A stretch of 64,000 bases of DNA, taken from Fibrobacteria bacterium (GTDB lineage: Bacteria; Fibrobacterota; Fibrobacteria; UBA11236). Where the stretch lies: contig JBGTHM010000115.1 in assembly GCA_041746255.1 (NCBI GenBank), positions 64,620 to 128,619 of the forward strand. The letters run 5' to 3'. This document shows, piece after piece, positions 1 through 9,612 of the stretch. The notes below the pieces were generated by a model. It was not told where the DNA came from. It was given only the letters and a program-made list of their open reading frames with translations, and made no database searches. The number at the start of each line of letters is the position of its first letter. The stretch's first letter is position 1. Made by a program: the position numbers and the translations under genes.

Positions 1-147
1 GCGTTTCTCACGGGTTGCGATTTCCGGGACGCCAACTTAAGCCAAGCCCAATGGGAGCCGGAAAACCTGCAAAAAAACCTGTATAACTCTTCCACACGTT
101 TCCCCAGCGGATATACGCCCCATCCCAAGCAGATGCGGGCCCGATAA
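1..147 (+). CDS. 3' end of a pentapeptide-repeat protein (partial, starts before the window)
   Basis: Not in the ORF track. Frame 1 reads AFLTG-CDFRD-ANLSQ-AQWEP-ENLQK-NLYNSSTRFPSG...RAR* (TAA 145-147), i.e. A(D/N)Lxx pentapeptides plus a YNxxTxFP tail. Confidence 0.7.
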   Translation, partial: AFLTGCDFRDANLSQAQWEPENLQKNLYNSSTRFPSGYTPHPKQMRAR

Positions 148-169
148 TAGTACACAACAAGAGTAAATC

Positions 170-1468
170 ATGCGTCGCAATATCCTGCATCCCGGTGCTA
201 CCGAATTGGTTTATGAAATCCGGGAAATTGTAAAAAAAGCCCAACTCTTCCAAGAATTGGGAGTGGAAATTTTTTGGGAAAACATCGGTGATCCTGTTCA
301 AAAAGGGAGCAGGATTCCGGAATGGATGAAGGATATCGTCGGTAATTTGGTAAAACAGGATTCCAGTTACGGCTATTGTCCGACCCGAGGCGTGTTGAGT
401 ACCCGAAAATTCCTGGCGCAAGCCAACAACTCGTTGGGTGGCGCGCAAATCGGGGCGGATGACATCTTATTTTGTAACGGCCTGGGCGATGCCATTTCCA
501 CTTTATACCAATTCCTGGATCCCGGCGCCCGTATCATCGGGCCTTCGCCCGCCTACTCCACCCATTCCTCAGCCGAGGGAAGCCACGCGAGCCAGCCACC
601 GATTACCTATAATCTGCTGCCGGAAAACGGTTGGTTTCCGGATATGGATGAGCTTCGCAACCAGGTTAAATACAATCCGAATATCGTTGGGATTCTCATT
701 ATCAATCCCGATAATCCCACCGGCATGGTCTATCCGGAAAATACTTTACGTGAAATCGTAGCATTGGCCCGTGAATATGACCTTTTTCTGGTAGCCGACG
801 AAATTTACACCCACATAACCTATAATGACGTCGAAGCGGTTCCCATAGCCAAGGTGATTGGCGATGTTTGCGGTATATCCCTTAAGGGAATTTCCAAGGA
901 ATTGCCTTGGCCGGGATCGCGCTGTGGATGGATGGAGTTTTATAACACTAATAAAGACAACGAATTCGGTCGTTTAGTTAAAGCTTTGGAAGATGCGAAA
1001 ATGCTGGAAGTGTGTTCCACCACCTTACCACAGATGGCCATTCCGGAAATTTTGAGCCATCCGGAGTACGCCGCGTATAGAAAAAACCTCAATTTGGATA
1101 TTCAACGCCGTGGCGAAGTGGTTTACCAGGCATTGAAAGACATCCCCCAACTCATTGTGAACCGGACCTATGGAGCTTTTTATACTTCCATTATTTTTCG
1201 CGCCGGCACCTTGAAATCCCACCAGAAGCTCGAAATCTCAGATTCCCGCATACAAATGCAATTGGAAAAAATGGTGGAAGGCGTCGCTCTCGACAAGCGC
1301 TTTGTCTACTATATGCTGGCAGCCACCGGAATATGCATGGTTCCCATTTCCTCCTTCTGCTCCGGATTAATGGGGTTTAGGGTTACCTTACTGGAGGAGA
1401 ATCAGGCCAAATTGGAGTGGTTGTATGCGAAACTCCAAAAAAGCATTGTGGAATACCTGGCTTCATAA
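170..1468 (+). CDS. PLP-dependent aminotransferase, class I/II (aspartate/alanine aminotransferase-like)
   Basis: Motifs NIGDP, INPDNPTG, ADEIY and GISK-x5-GSRCGW (PLP lysine). Confidence 0.9.
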   Translation: MRRNILHPGATELVYEIREIVKKAQLFQELGVEIFWENIGDPVQKGSRIPEWMKDIVGNLVKQDSSYGYCPTRGVLSTRKFLAQANNSLGGAQIGADDILFCNGLGDAISTLYQFLDPGARIIGPSPAYSTHSSAEGSHASQPPITYNLLPENGWFPDMDELRNQVKYNPNIVGILIINPDNPTGMVYPENTLREIVALAREYDLFLVADEIYTHITYNDVEAVPIAKVIGDVCGISLKGISKELPWPGSRCGWMEFYNTNKDNEFGRLVKALEDAKMLEVCSTTLPQMAIPEILSHPEYAAYRKNLNLDIQRRGEVVYQALKDIPQLIVNRTYGAFYTSIIFRAGTLKSHQKLEISDSRIQMQLEKMVEGVALDKRFVYYMLAATGICMVPISSFCSGLMGFRVTLLEENQAKLEWLYAKLQKSIVEYLAS

Positions 1469-1486
1469 GCTTGAAACGCCCTTTTC

Positions 1487-1591
1487 TGGGGGCAAATCCT
1501 CCCAAATCAATTGTTTGCGCAACTCCTTTGAAATCAATATCTTAGCGAAACCTTGACTACGGAAGGGAAAGACTGGGGCGACATGACCCCG
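1487..1591 (+). promoter_or_regulatory. Putative upstream activator region: two TGGG-N10-CCC(A/G) inverted repeats flanking two IHF-consensus sites
   Basis: TGGGGGCAAATCCTCCCA (1487-1504) and TGGGGCGACATGACCCCG (1574-1591). AATCAATTGTTTG (1505-1517) and AATCAATATCTTA (1532-1544) both match WATCAANNNNTTR. Confidence 0.5.
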
Positions 1592-1651
1592 GAACCACCC
1601 GGAGGTTGAATGGGAAAAGGCCTTATTTTCTTATATTTTGAAAGCAGCTCT

Positions 1652-1668
1652 TTGGCCCAAACTTTGCT
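1652..1668 (+). promoter_or_regulatory. Putative sigma54 (RpoN) -24/-12 promoter
   Basis: TTGGCCCAAACTTTGCT has GG(1654-55)-N10-GC(1666-67) with TGGC and TTGC cores. It lies 60 nt upstream of the 1729 gene, and a sigma54 activator is encoded downstream. Confidence 0.7.
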
Positions 1669-1728
1669 TATTCTAGCTCCATTATGGGTATAGTGTTTTC
1701 CCTATTCCCGGGTTTTGGAAGGTAAATC

Positions 1729-2151
1729 ATGAAGAAACTTTTTTCCGCCATCGGGTTCAGCGCAGGCCTGACGATATGTGCCATGGCACAGGGGAAACCC
1801 ACTGTTACCCCACCTGAACACGCAGAAAATCGCAAAGAGGAGGCCCGCAAGTATTTTGAAGAGGCGTTGTCCAAAATGCCTGCTGAAGTCGCAGTAAAAG
1901 TACAGGCAGCCCGTGAAGCGGCCAAAGCCGCCAAGGCTGATGTGGAAGAAATGGTTTCCAAAGGAAAATCGAAAGAAGAAATCGAATCCATGATTGCCGA
2001 GAAACGCGCAGCCGCGCGACAGAATTTGGACAAGGCACTGGAAGATCTGGACAAGGTGCCTGAGCAGGCTAAGGAAAGTGTCGCAAAGGCCCGGGAAAAA
2101 ATGGCGAAACGTCTTGCCGACCGGCAAGAGCGAGAAGGAAAACCTGAATAG
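1729..2151 (+). CDS. Secreted, highly charged alpha-helical hypothetical protein
   Basis: Sec signal peptide (MKKLFSAIGFSAGLTICAMA-Q), an A/E/K-rich helical body, GAAGG upstream and a terminator downstream. Confidence 0.75.
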   Translation: MKKLFSAIGFSAGLTICAMAQGKPTVTPPEHAENRKEEARKYFEEALSKMPAEVAVKVQAAREAAKAAKADVEEMVSKGKSKEEIESMIAEKRAAARQNLDKALEDLDKVPEQAKESVAKAREKMAKRLADRQEREGKPE

Positions 2152-2190
2152 AGCCCCCTGAAATCGTTTCTGATTCGACCCATCGTTAAT

Positions 2191-2222
2191 GCGGGAAGGA
2201 GTAATCCTTCCCGCTTTTTTTT
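2191..2222 (+). terminator. Rho-independent terminator
   Basis: GCGGGAAGGA-GTAA-TCCTTCCCGC is a perfect 10-bp stem followed by T8. Confidence 0.9.
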
Positions 2223-2338
2223 CGGAATATGAGTATAATTGACTTTGTTGAATTATACCGTGAACCCCTATTTCGGTATTCCGGTAAGTCAATCCTCATT
2301 GGACCTTTAAAGGAATCGAGCGAGATTTTACCAACCTT

Positions 2339-3064
2339 ATGCAGCTTGGCAAAATAATAGCCGATTTACGCGTAAAGGCGATTATTCTCCTGCTGCCCTT
2401 TACCCTGATTTCCGCACCCATTACCAACAAGGAAATCGGCTTCACCATCGACCTCCCCTTATCCTGGCGACAACATATCGTCTCTCCGGGTACGCATGCC
2501 ATCTTGCGGGATACGACCGGTGGGCATAAAAGCGTGATTTCCATCGAAAAAATCCTCATCGATAAAAACGTCGATCCCACTCCCTCAGCCTGGGTCCGCT
2601 CCCAGTTTCTGGCATTCAAATTATTGGTCGAGCATAGTGTTTACCCTTTCGGCGCCATCCTTTTTTACGACTCCACCTCATCCGCCCAGTTGGGCGCTCT
2701 GTGGTCTCCCGAGCTTTACGCGGAGTTCTACCATTCCGACAACAAGCCCACCCAAGCCGAGTACGTACGCTATGCGGCCATTTCCGATTTCGGGTATGAA
2801 ATAATCGCCTATGGAGACTCACTCGATATGGCCACTAATATCGTTTATTATGCGGACTCTTTGATTTCCACCCTTGTTTTGTCATCACCGCAAAATGTTT
2901 CCTTACTTAGAAGCCAACACAGCCGACCATTCACCGTCGGAAAAGGTGGCCGGATTTGGGTGGATGTATTGGGGAAGTCACAGCGACATATAGAGGGGAA
3001 AGGGCTTTCACGGCGCCTTTATCCCGTTTTGGGGGAAGGTAGCACCCAAAAGGCTCCCCACTAA
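2339..3064 (+). CDS. Secreted hypothetical protein with a basic C-terminal tail (possible sorting domain)
   Basis: Hydrophobic N-terminus ending ISA, and a basic C-terminal region containing WVDVLGK. Start uncertain. Confidence 0.6.
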   Translation: MQLGKIIADLRVKAIILLLPFTLISAPITNKEIGFTIDLPLSWRQHIVSPGTHAILRDTTGGHKSVISIEKILIDKNVDPTPSAWVRSQFLAFKLLVEHSVYPFGAILFYDSTSSAQLGALWSPELYAEFYHSDNKPTQAEYVRYAAISDFGYEIIAYGDSLDMATNIVYYADSLISTLVLSSPQNVSLLRSQHSRPFTVGKGGRIWVDVLGKSQRHIEGKGLSRRLYPVLGEGSTQKAPH

Positions 3065-3155
3065 CCTATCCAGGTTCTCATTGGGTGTTTTTTTCGCCGT
3101 TTCCGGCAGAGGCTAATGCAATTGCGGTCACCTTTCACAGCGAACCGGTAACAGC

Positions 3156-4709
3156 ATGCCGATAGGAGTCATACTACTGCTGCTAACCATGGTTGCATCG
3201 GGTCGAGAGCCGGAATCGCCACTGGCTTTGTCGCTGGAGCGGGCCGGTAAAGCTCTGGAAATGAGGCAATGGGATGAAGCGGTTGCCCAATATATCGAAG
3301 CCTCCCATCAGGGAATGTCGCAAGACAGCCTCATGTATTTTCTGGCCGGAACCGCACTTGCAAAAGGAGCCGCCGACACGGCGCTGGTTTTCAACTTTGC
3401 CATCGGGTTCCAGCCGAAAACACCGCTGCATACTGCTGCAATCAATCAGCGGATGCGTATTTACACGGAATTAGGGATGGAAAGTGAGGTTGCAAGACTT
3501 CAGGATAGCCTGGCATCCCCTTTTCGGCGCGACGTTGCGTCCTGGTTTCCGAAAGGGAAGTTGCGATTGGGAAGCGGGTATTCCCACGAAACGGTAGTGG
3601 AGGAAGCCTTGTTTCCCGACCGCCCCGGACCCGATGGACCGCCCAATGCGGTGTTACAAGGCCATTTCCGTCGCTTACAGGCGGGCTTGGAATGGAGTGT
3701 GGGGTTGGGAAAAACGACCACCCTGGAAATCGAAAGCGGGTATAGGAGCTTCAAGGCCATTTACCGCGACTCCTCAAAAAGCGACTTGGGCGTGGAATTA
3801 CGCATGACGCGCTTGTGGAAACATCTATTTGCCGGATTGGGTTTTTGGCGCGTCGACAATGGGTACAACCCGGTTTCACATTTACAGCGAAGCGATATCT
3901 CCCTGGTAACCTTAACGCGAAAAAGCCTGCACCTCGCCAATCTAGGCTTCGAACGCGACTTCTATGGCGACCAACGCCGTAAACATGAGATGCTTTGGGC
4001 ATTGTATTATTGGGATTTGAATATCGCCACCGCCGAAGGTTTCAACTTGACGGTTTCGGCGAATGGCTATTTCGCGGATGCCCAGCGCATGGAGAGATTG
4101 AAGATAATTTTCGTGGAAAGTGGAACCATGGGACGGACGGAACATTTCACCGACCGCACATTTACGCAACGGGTTCCCGGCAACCGTTTTACCTCCGCGG
4201 TCAATTCCCTCAATTATTTTGAACGGGAGGATCAGGTTTCCCGACTCGATTATTGGGCGGTAAGCGTTGCCCCAGCCTATACCCATCCCCTATTCTCGCG
4301 ATGGGATGGGTCCATCCAAGTGGGATTTTCGGCTTTTTACTATCCCCGTGATTTCGTCTGGCAGCAAATTTCCCCTGTCATCCCCATCCCCTCACTCCCC
4401 CTGACGGTAGCCTATAGCCGACTTGAAGGTCGGTATTTTTATGTGGATGAGCAGAAAATAGGCGGAGACGACCTCTTCAATGAGGACACACCGGTTTTCG
4501 ATTTACAAAAATATTCCCAAAAGCGCGTGGATCTCTCCTCGGAACTCACCCTGACCCTCAAGCGGAAAACCCTCCGCTGGGGCACGCTCGAATTCCGTTC
4601 CCAAGCCCGATACCTCCATTCCAATCTCGCAGAGCATGCCCCCGTGGAAATACCCAAGTGGGATATTGGCGTCGGTTTTGACTGGCGTAACAAATGGGAG
4701 TTTTTGTAA
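3156..4709 (+). CDS. Hypothetical outer-membrane protein: N-terminal TPR-like helices plus a predicted beta-barrel
   Basis: Signal peptide, TPR-like segment (WDEAVAQYIEA), alternating beta-strands and an aromatic C-terminus (FDWRNKWEFL). Confidence 0.6.
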   Translation: MPIGVILLLLTMVASGREPESPLALSLERAGKALEMRQWDEAVAQYIEASHQGMSQDSLMYFLAGTALAKGAADTALVFNFAIGFQPKTPLHTAAINQRMRIYTELGMESEVARLQDSLASPFRRDVASWFPKGKLRLGSGYSHETVVEEALFPDRPGPDGPPNAVLQGHFRRLQAGLEWSVGLGKTTTLEIESGYRSFKAIYRDSSKSDLGVELRMTRLWKHLFAGLGFWRVDNGYNPVSHLQRSDISLVTLTRKSLHLANLGFERDFYGDQRRKHEMLWALYYWDLNIATAEGFNLTVSANGYFADAQRMERLKIIFVESGTMGRTEHFTDRTFTQRVPGNRFTSAVNSLNYFEREDQVSRLDYWAVSVAPAYTHPLFSRWDGSIQVGFSAFYYPRDFVWQQISPVIPIPSLPLTVAYSRLEGRYFYVDEQKIGGDDLFNEDTPVFDLQKYSQKRVDLSSELTLTLKRKTLRWGTLEFRSQARYLHSNLAEHAPVEIPKWDIGVGFDWRNKWEFL

Positions 4710-4712
4710 ACC

Positions 4713-5384
4713 ATGAAAAAAACCGGTATTGCGATCCTGCTCCTGGTGCTTTCCACCCTGATGCTGACGGCCTGCCAACCCGACGATGTTGAGAAGGGTA
4801 ATATCAGCCTTAGCTTGGGTGATTACCCGCGCGCCATGGCTTTTTTCGAGGCTGCCTTACAAGAACGTCCTGATCATGCCGAAGCACGGTTGGGCATGGG
4901 AAAAGCCCTTCTGCAAAAGGCCATGGACGGCAACGATGACCCTCGTATTTGGGACCAGGCCATGCTCCACCTTGAGGCGTTTCGAACCCTAGCGCCGGAC
5001 CATGGAGCCCAGTCCCTGTTAAGCCAGGCGTACACCGAGAAGGCACGCTTCCTACTCGACCGTTCCGACACCCTCTCGGCCCTCAAATCCCTGGCCCGCT
5101 CACGTGATATCGATCCCGAAGACGTGGCGGCCATCAATCTGGCGGGCATACTCTATTGCCGCCTGGGCCAACCCGACAAAGGCGAGACTCTTTTCTTTTC
5201 CGCGCTCGCCCTGGATACTGCCAACGCTTCTGCCAATTTCAACCTCGGCATGTTGAGTTGGCAACGTCAAGACTACGAAGGGGCCCGCGATTTTTGGTCG
5301 AAAGCATTGAAGAACGCGCCGCAAGACGAAGACATTCTCTTCTGGTTCGCTCTTTCTGAAAAGCACCTCCAGGATATTCCATGA
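4713..5384 (+). CDS. TPR-repeat lipoprotein
   Basis: Lipobox LTAC and several TPR units (GDYPRAMAFFEAAL, ANFNLGML, DYEGARDFWSKAL). Confidence 0.85.
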   Translation: MKKTGIAILLLVLSTLMLTACQPDDVEKGNISLSLGDYPRAMAFFEAALQERPDHAEARLGMGKALLQKAMDGNDDPRIWDQAMLHLEAFRTLAPDHGAQSLLSQAYTEKARFLLDRSDTLSALKSLARSRDIDPEDVAAINLAGILYCRLGQPDKGETLFFSALALDTANASANFNLGMLSWQRQDYEGARDFWSKALKNAPQDEDILFWFALSEKHLQDIP

Positions 5385-6763
5385 TTCCCCGGTTGCCCAA
5401 AGGCTTTTCCCACCCCATGCGTATCGGTGAAGGCGCGTTTTCGTCGGTTTACCGGGTGCGCCAAAAGGCATTGGATAGGTGGGTGGCCATCAAGATGCAT
5501 AAGCAAAATGGTGTGGAAGAGCGCCGTGAGCTTTTGAAGGAAGCGCGCCTGCAGGCCGGTATGGGTATACCGTGCATTCCTGCGGTATTCGACGCCTTCG
5601 AATGGCGCAGCCAGGTTTGCATAGTTATGCAATGGGTGAAAGGGGTGCCGCTCACCCTCCTCATCTCGCGGCTCACCACCGACCAACAACGTTTGGCGCT
5701 GGCAGACGCGTTTATCACGGCCCTGGCGCATTTGCACCGCGCGGGCTACGTCCATCGGGACATCAAGCCCGCCAATGTTTTGGTATCGCCCGACGAAGGC
5801 CTTTACCTGGTGGATTTCGGTTTCACCAAAAACGCATCCGGTGGAGCGCTCGAATCCGTTTCCGGCCATATCAAGGGAACGCCGGCTTTCATGGCCCCGG
5901 AAATTTTCCAGGGGCGCCCTGATATCGACTGGATGCGAACCGACATTTATTCGGCCGGTAAACTCCTGAATCAACTGCTTCCCCGCAATTGGAATCCTGA
6001 ATTTCTCTCCAGCCTGGTGGAAGACGAACCCGCCCGCCGCCCCGCCTCCGGCATGGAGGTGATGGAAAGGTGGCGCCTGTTGCCCGATATGAAATTGGGT
6101 TCCGGCGCCATAGAATGGCAAAGCCTATCCGCCCAGTTGGCCTCGGACCTTTTGGCGAAAAACCTCTACCTGGCCGCCCGCCAATTGGGGGGAGCCGGCC
6201 GTACCGACGAATCCTATTGGCTGGTAACCGAATGCCTGGAGGAGAACTCTGAGTTTCCCGATGCGCTCGACTACATGGCATCACTGCCTCAACTGGGACG
6301 CCGTGCAAGGCGACTGCGTATGGCGTGGATTTCCAGCGGCAGTCTTGTGATAATATTTTTGATAATAGGAGCCTTTTTAATCGGAAAGCAAAACCAGCCT
6401 TCCGACTCCGGATCCAAACCAGTAATCGCCCAGGCTAATACCTTTCTTCTGCCGCAATCCGACTTGGGTTATTCCGGTCTTAACCTACCGTTACATGAGG
6501 TCGGCACACCCGCGCAATCTTTCAACGCCAGCCTGTTAATCGTAGGAGAAACAGGAACCGCCGTTTTGCGGGTGGACGGAAATGCAGCCGCATTCCAATC
6601 CGGCAAGCCGGTGGCCATCCCCTATGGTTTACGTCGAATCCAGCTTTACTCGGATGAACGCGAAATCTTCAACGAACAAATTTCATTTCTGCCTTTTCAA
6701 ACGCGGTTGCTTAAAATATCTGCAATGACGTCGAACCAAAGGAATTCCCGGCATGACCCTTGA
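5381..6763 (+). CDS. Membrane-anchored Hanks-type Ser/Thr protein kinase
   Basis: IGEGAFSSVY, VAIK, HRDIKPANVL, DFG and GTPAFMAPE; one TM helix, then a C-terminal extracytoplasmic domain. ATGA overlap with the previous gene. Confidence 0.92.
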   Translation: MIPRLPKGFSHPMRIGEGAFSSVYRVRQKALDRWVAIKMHKQNGVEERRELLKEARLQAGMGIPCIPAVFDAFEWRSQVCIVMQWVKGVPLTLLISRLTTDQQRLALADAFITALAHLHRAGYVHRDIKPANVLVSPDEGLYLVDFGFTKNASGGALESVSGHIKGTPAFMAPEIFQGRPDIDWMRTDIYSAGKLLNQLLPRNWNPEFLSSLVEDEPARRPASGMEVMERWRLLPDMKLGSGAIEWQSLSAQLASDLLAKNLYLAARQLGGAGRTDESYWLVTECLEENSEFPDALDYMASLPQLGRRARRLRMAWISSGSLVIIFLIIGAFLIGKQNQPSDSGSKPVIAQANTFLLPQSDLGYSGLNLPLHEVGTPAQSFNASLLIVGETGTAVLRVDGNAAAFQSGKPVAIPYGLRRIQLYSDEREIFNEQISFLPFQTRLLKISAMTSNQRNSRHDP

Positions 6764-8561
6764 AGTCTATCCTGCTCTTTTAAATCTCGAGACGCATACG
6801 GAAACCTCTTTGAAAGGACGCATATTCACTTTCGGCTCTTCGCAAAGCTGCGGATTGGTATTGCCCCGTGAGTGCCCGGAACGATTGGGCCACTTCCTTT
6901 TCTCCAACGGACGCTACCAAATCCAATCGCTCAACAGCGGCTCCGTACGGTTCAACGGCAAACCCGTGCAAGCGCCCATGGAGATGCGGCATGGCGATGA
7001 AATCGATTTGGCCGGCCGGGTTTTCCGGTTTCTGGAGCGGGCCGATGCTCCGGAGTCGGGTCCGGATGAAGACCCCGTGGGGGAGTTCATCGAAATCATG
7101 GTGGGACTATTGCAGGAGAGACGTCCTGATGGTTTCGATCGCTTGGTCGGAAGCGTATCGCGCATTCTCAAATGCGATGCCGCCCGCCTGGTCGGCGAGG
7201 ATCCCGTCCGGGAAGAACGGGTGACACTGGCCCGTTACCCCAGGGAAAGCGGGCTGGAGCGTTTTTCCAATCGCGCCATAGACTGGGCCCGGGATGCGGA
7301 GAAAACCGTCCTGATGCATCAGGCCGATTGGAATGACGAAGCCGATGAAGGCGGATCCGCCTCGTCGCTTACTTCCCTGGAAAAAAACCGGGTCAGCTCG
7401 ATTCTTTGCGCACCCCTGGCCGAACAGGGACAGGTACTCGGCTATCTCTATCTGGACCGGCTTAATCGCGACATGCCGTTCACGGAAAAGGACAGGCGCT
7501 TCTGCGATCTGCTGCGGCCCCTGTTCGAGGAAATCCTGCGACAGAGAAAAGAATGGGCGCGGCAAAAGGAAACCATCGCCCGGCTCCAACAAGCCGGTGG
7601 CGCGGGTGGAAGCGTCATCTATGGCAGCCGAAATATGATCGAAGTGATGGAATTGGCGGGACGAGTGGCGGCCACCGATTCGACCGTACTTATCAACGGC
7701 GAAACCGGCACGGGTAAGGAAGTACTCGCCCGTTTCATCCATGCCCAGTCGCGGCGGGCCGACAAACCCTTTCTTGCCATCAATTGTGGGGCCATACCGG
7801 AGAACCTGATTGAATCGGAGTTGTTCGGTTATGAAAAAGGCTCCTTCACCGGCGCCACCCAGCAGAAAAAAGGCCTTTTCGAATCGGCGCAAGGCGGAAC
7901 GGTTTTCCTGGACGAAATCGGAGAATTGACCCTGTCATTGCAAGTCAAGTTGTTGCGCGTGTTGCAGGAAGGCTGCATAACCCGAGTGGGCGGCAACGAA
8001 CCCTTGGCGGTCAACGTCCGCATCTTATCGGCCACCCACCGCGATTTAACCCGCGAGGTGGAGGAGGGCCGGTTCCGTCAGGACATGTATTTCCGGCTTA
8101 ATGTACTCCAATTGAATTTGCCGGCGCTGCGGGAACGCGACGACGACATTTTGCTCCTGGCCGATTATCTGCTCAAAAAATATTGCCAACAATTCGGCTT
8201 GCCGCTGAAACAACTTTCCGCCTCCGCCCGTAAGGAGTTGATGCTCTATGCCTGGCCGGGGAATATCCGGGAATTGGAAAACGTGATGCAAAAAGCCATT
8301 CTGCTTTCGACTTCCCGTTTGCTGGGTGCATCCGATTTACCCCTGCGGCAATCCCCTTTCGCACGGAAATCTCCCGTAACGCCAGGGTTTCTGACTCTCA
8401 AAGAAGCGCGGGCGGCGGCGGAAAAAGACGCCATTACCGCGGCCATGCAACGTTGCCGGGGAAATATTTCGCAGGCCTCACGGCTTTTGCAAATCGATCG
8501 AAAGTGGCTGATGAAAATGATGCAGGAATTGGAAATCGACGCGGATGCTTTCCGCGAATGA
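6753..8561 (+). CDS. sigma54-dependent enhancer-binding protein, FHA-GAF-AAA+-HTH(Fis)
   Basis: GETGTGKE, ESELFGYEKGSFTGA, LDEIGE, WPGNIREL and a C-terminal HTH. N-terminal FHA-like segment (FNG...HGDEI) and GAF segment (SILCAPL...LGYLYLD). Confidence 0.92.
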   Translation: MTLEVYPALLNLETHTETSLKGRIFTFGSSQSCGLVLPRECPERLGHFLFSNGRYQIQSLNSGSVRFNGKPVQAPMEMRHGDEIDLAGRVFRFLERADAPESGPDEDPVGEFIEIMVGLLQERRPDGFDRLVGSVSRILKCDAARLVGEDPVREERVTLARYPRESGLERFSNRAIDWARDAEKTVLMHQADWNDEADEGGSASSLTSLEKNRVSSILCAPLAEQGQVLGYLYLDRLNRDMPFTEKDRRFCDLLRPLFEEILRQRKEWARQKETIARLQQAGGAGGSVIYGSRNMIEVMELAGRVAATDSTVLINGETGTGKEVLARFIHAQSRRADKPFLAINCGAIPENLIESELFGYEKGSFTGATQQKKGLFESAQGGTVFLDEIGELTLSLQVKLLRVLQEGCITRVGGNEPLAVNVRILSATHRDLTREVEEGRFRQDMYFRLNVLQLNLPALRERDDDILLLADYLLKKYCQQFGLPLKQLSASARKELMLYAWPGNIRELENVMQKAILLSTSRLLGASDLPLRQSPFARKSPVTPGFLTLKEARAAAEKDAITAAMQRCRGNISQASRLLQIDRKWLMKMMQELEIDADAFRE

Positions 8562-8563
8562 TT

Positions 8564-9493
8564 TTAATCGCCGGATTCGGAGGTGTCGGCATTGGTATCC
8601 GGCTCCACCACTACGGGACCGGATCGCAATTCCCTCCAACGTTCGTCCGTCAAGCGCCTTGACAGGGAGTCGAGTCGTGCCTGGTCGCCATTGTTCGATA
8701 GGGTATCGGTGGGAATTTTAAGTCCTCGAAAGAGAGCATAATTGCGTTGCACCCGCGCCCGATGGCGGTTGTATGCCCAGTTGGGGCGTCGCGGATCCCA
8801 TTTCGTGGGGCTGGGAAGCAAACTTACCAGGGAGAGCATTTCTTCCTGTGTCAGCTGATTCGGTAATTTGGAAAAATAATGCTCACTTGCGGACCGGACA
8901 CCGAAAATTCCCCGGTCGAACTGGGCTACATTCAGGTATATCTCAAGAATTCTTTCTTTACTCAGGTAATTTTCCAGTAGCAAGGTTATCACCGCCTCCC
9001 GCATTTTACGCGTCAGCTCTTTATCTCCGCTCAAATAGAGGTTTTTCGCCAGTTGCTGGGTTATGGTGCTGGCGCCTCGGGCGTTTCGTCCCGACTGGTG
9101 GTTCGCGACTATGGCGAATTCGATTTGTTCGATATCGAATCCCTGATGCGAAAAGAATTTACCGTCCTCGGCCACCAAGACCATTTCACGCAAGGCTTTG
9201 GGAATACTATCGAGGGGGCTCCACTCCCACCGTACGCCGCGCTCCTCGTCGGTAAGGGAGGAGTCGGAACGGAGATCCGCCCGTTCCGCTTCAATGAAGG
9301 CGGTAGTGGGCGGGTTGATATCCCGCAAGACGCGAATGTCCCAAAAGTGGAAATAACCGGTAACCTGGATGACCGCCCAAATCATGAAAACCAGCAAGGC
9401 TCCCAGCGCGATTTGGTAGAGAGTCCAAAAGGAAATCCATATCCCTTTAAAAAACAGGAAAAGAATGCGGATTATGCGAAAAATAGTCGGCAT
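8564..9493 (-). CDS. mtgA: Monofunctional peptidoglycan transglycosylase (GT51)
   Basis: AEDGKFFSHQG, GASTITQQLAKNL, RKMREA and KERILEIYLN; no transpeptidase domain. Confidence 0.9.
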   Translation of the reverse strand: MPTIFRIIRILFLFFKGIWISFWTLYQIALGALLVFMIWAVIQVTGYFHFWDIRVLRDINPPTTAFIEAERADLRSDSSLTDEERGVRWEWSPLDSIPKALREMVLVAEDGKFFSHQGFDIEQIEFAIVANHQSGRNARGASTITQQLAKNLYLSGDKELTRKMREAVITLLLENYLSKERILEIYLNVAQFDRGIFGVRSASEHYFSKLPNQLTQEEMLSLVSLLPSPTKWDPRRPNWAYNRHRARVQRNYALFRGLKIPTDTLSNNGDQARLDSLSRRLTDERWRELRSGPVVVEPDTNADTSESGD

Positions 9494-9612
9494 AGGTCGT
9501 TAACAAAGCTTTTCGAGCCCGCTGGCGAATGTAGTTTTATACCGATTCACTGCGTAGTGGATATTGCTACTTACCCGGCATCGACTAAAGTTTCAGGCGG
9601 AGAAATTCAAAA

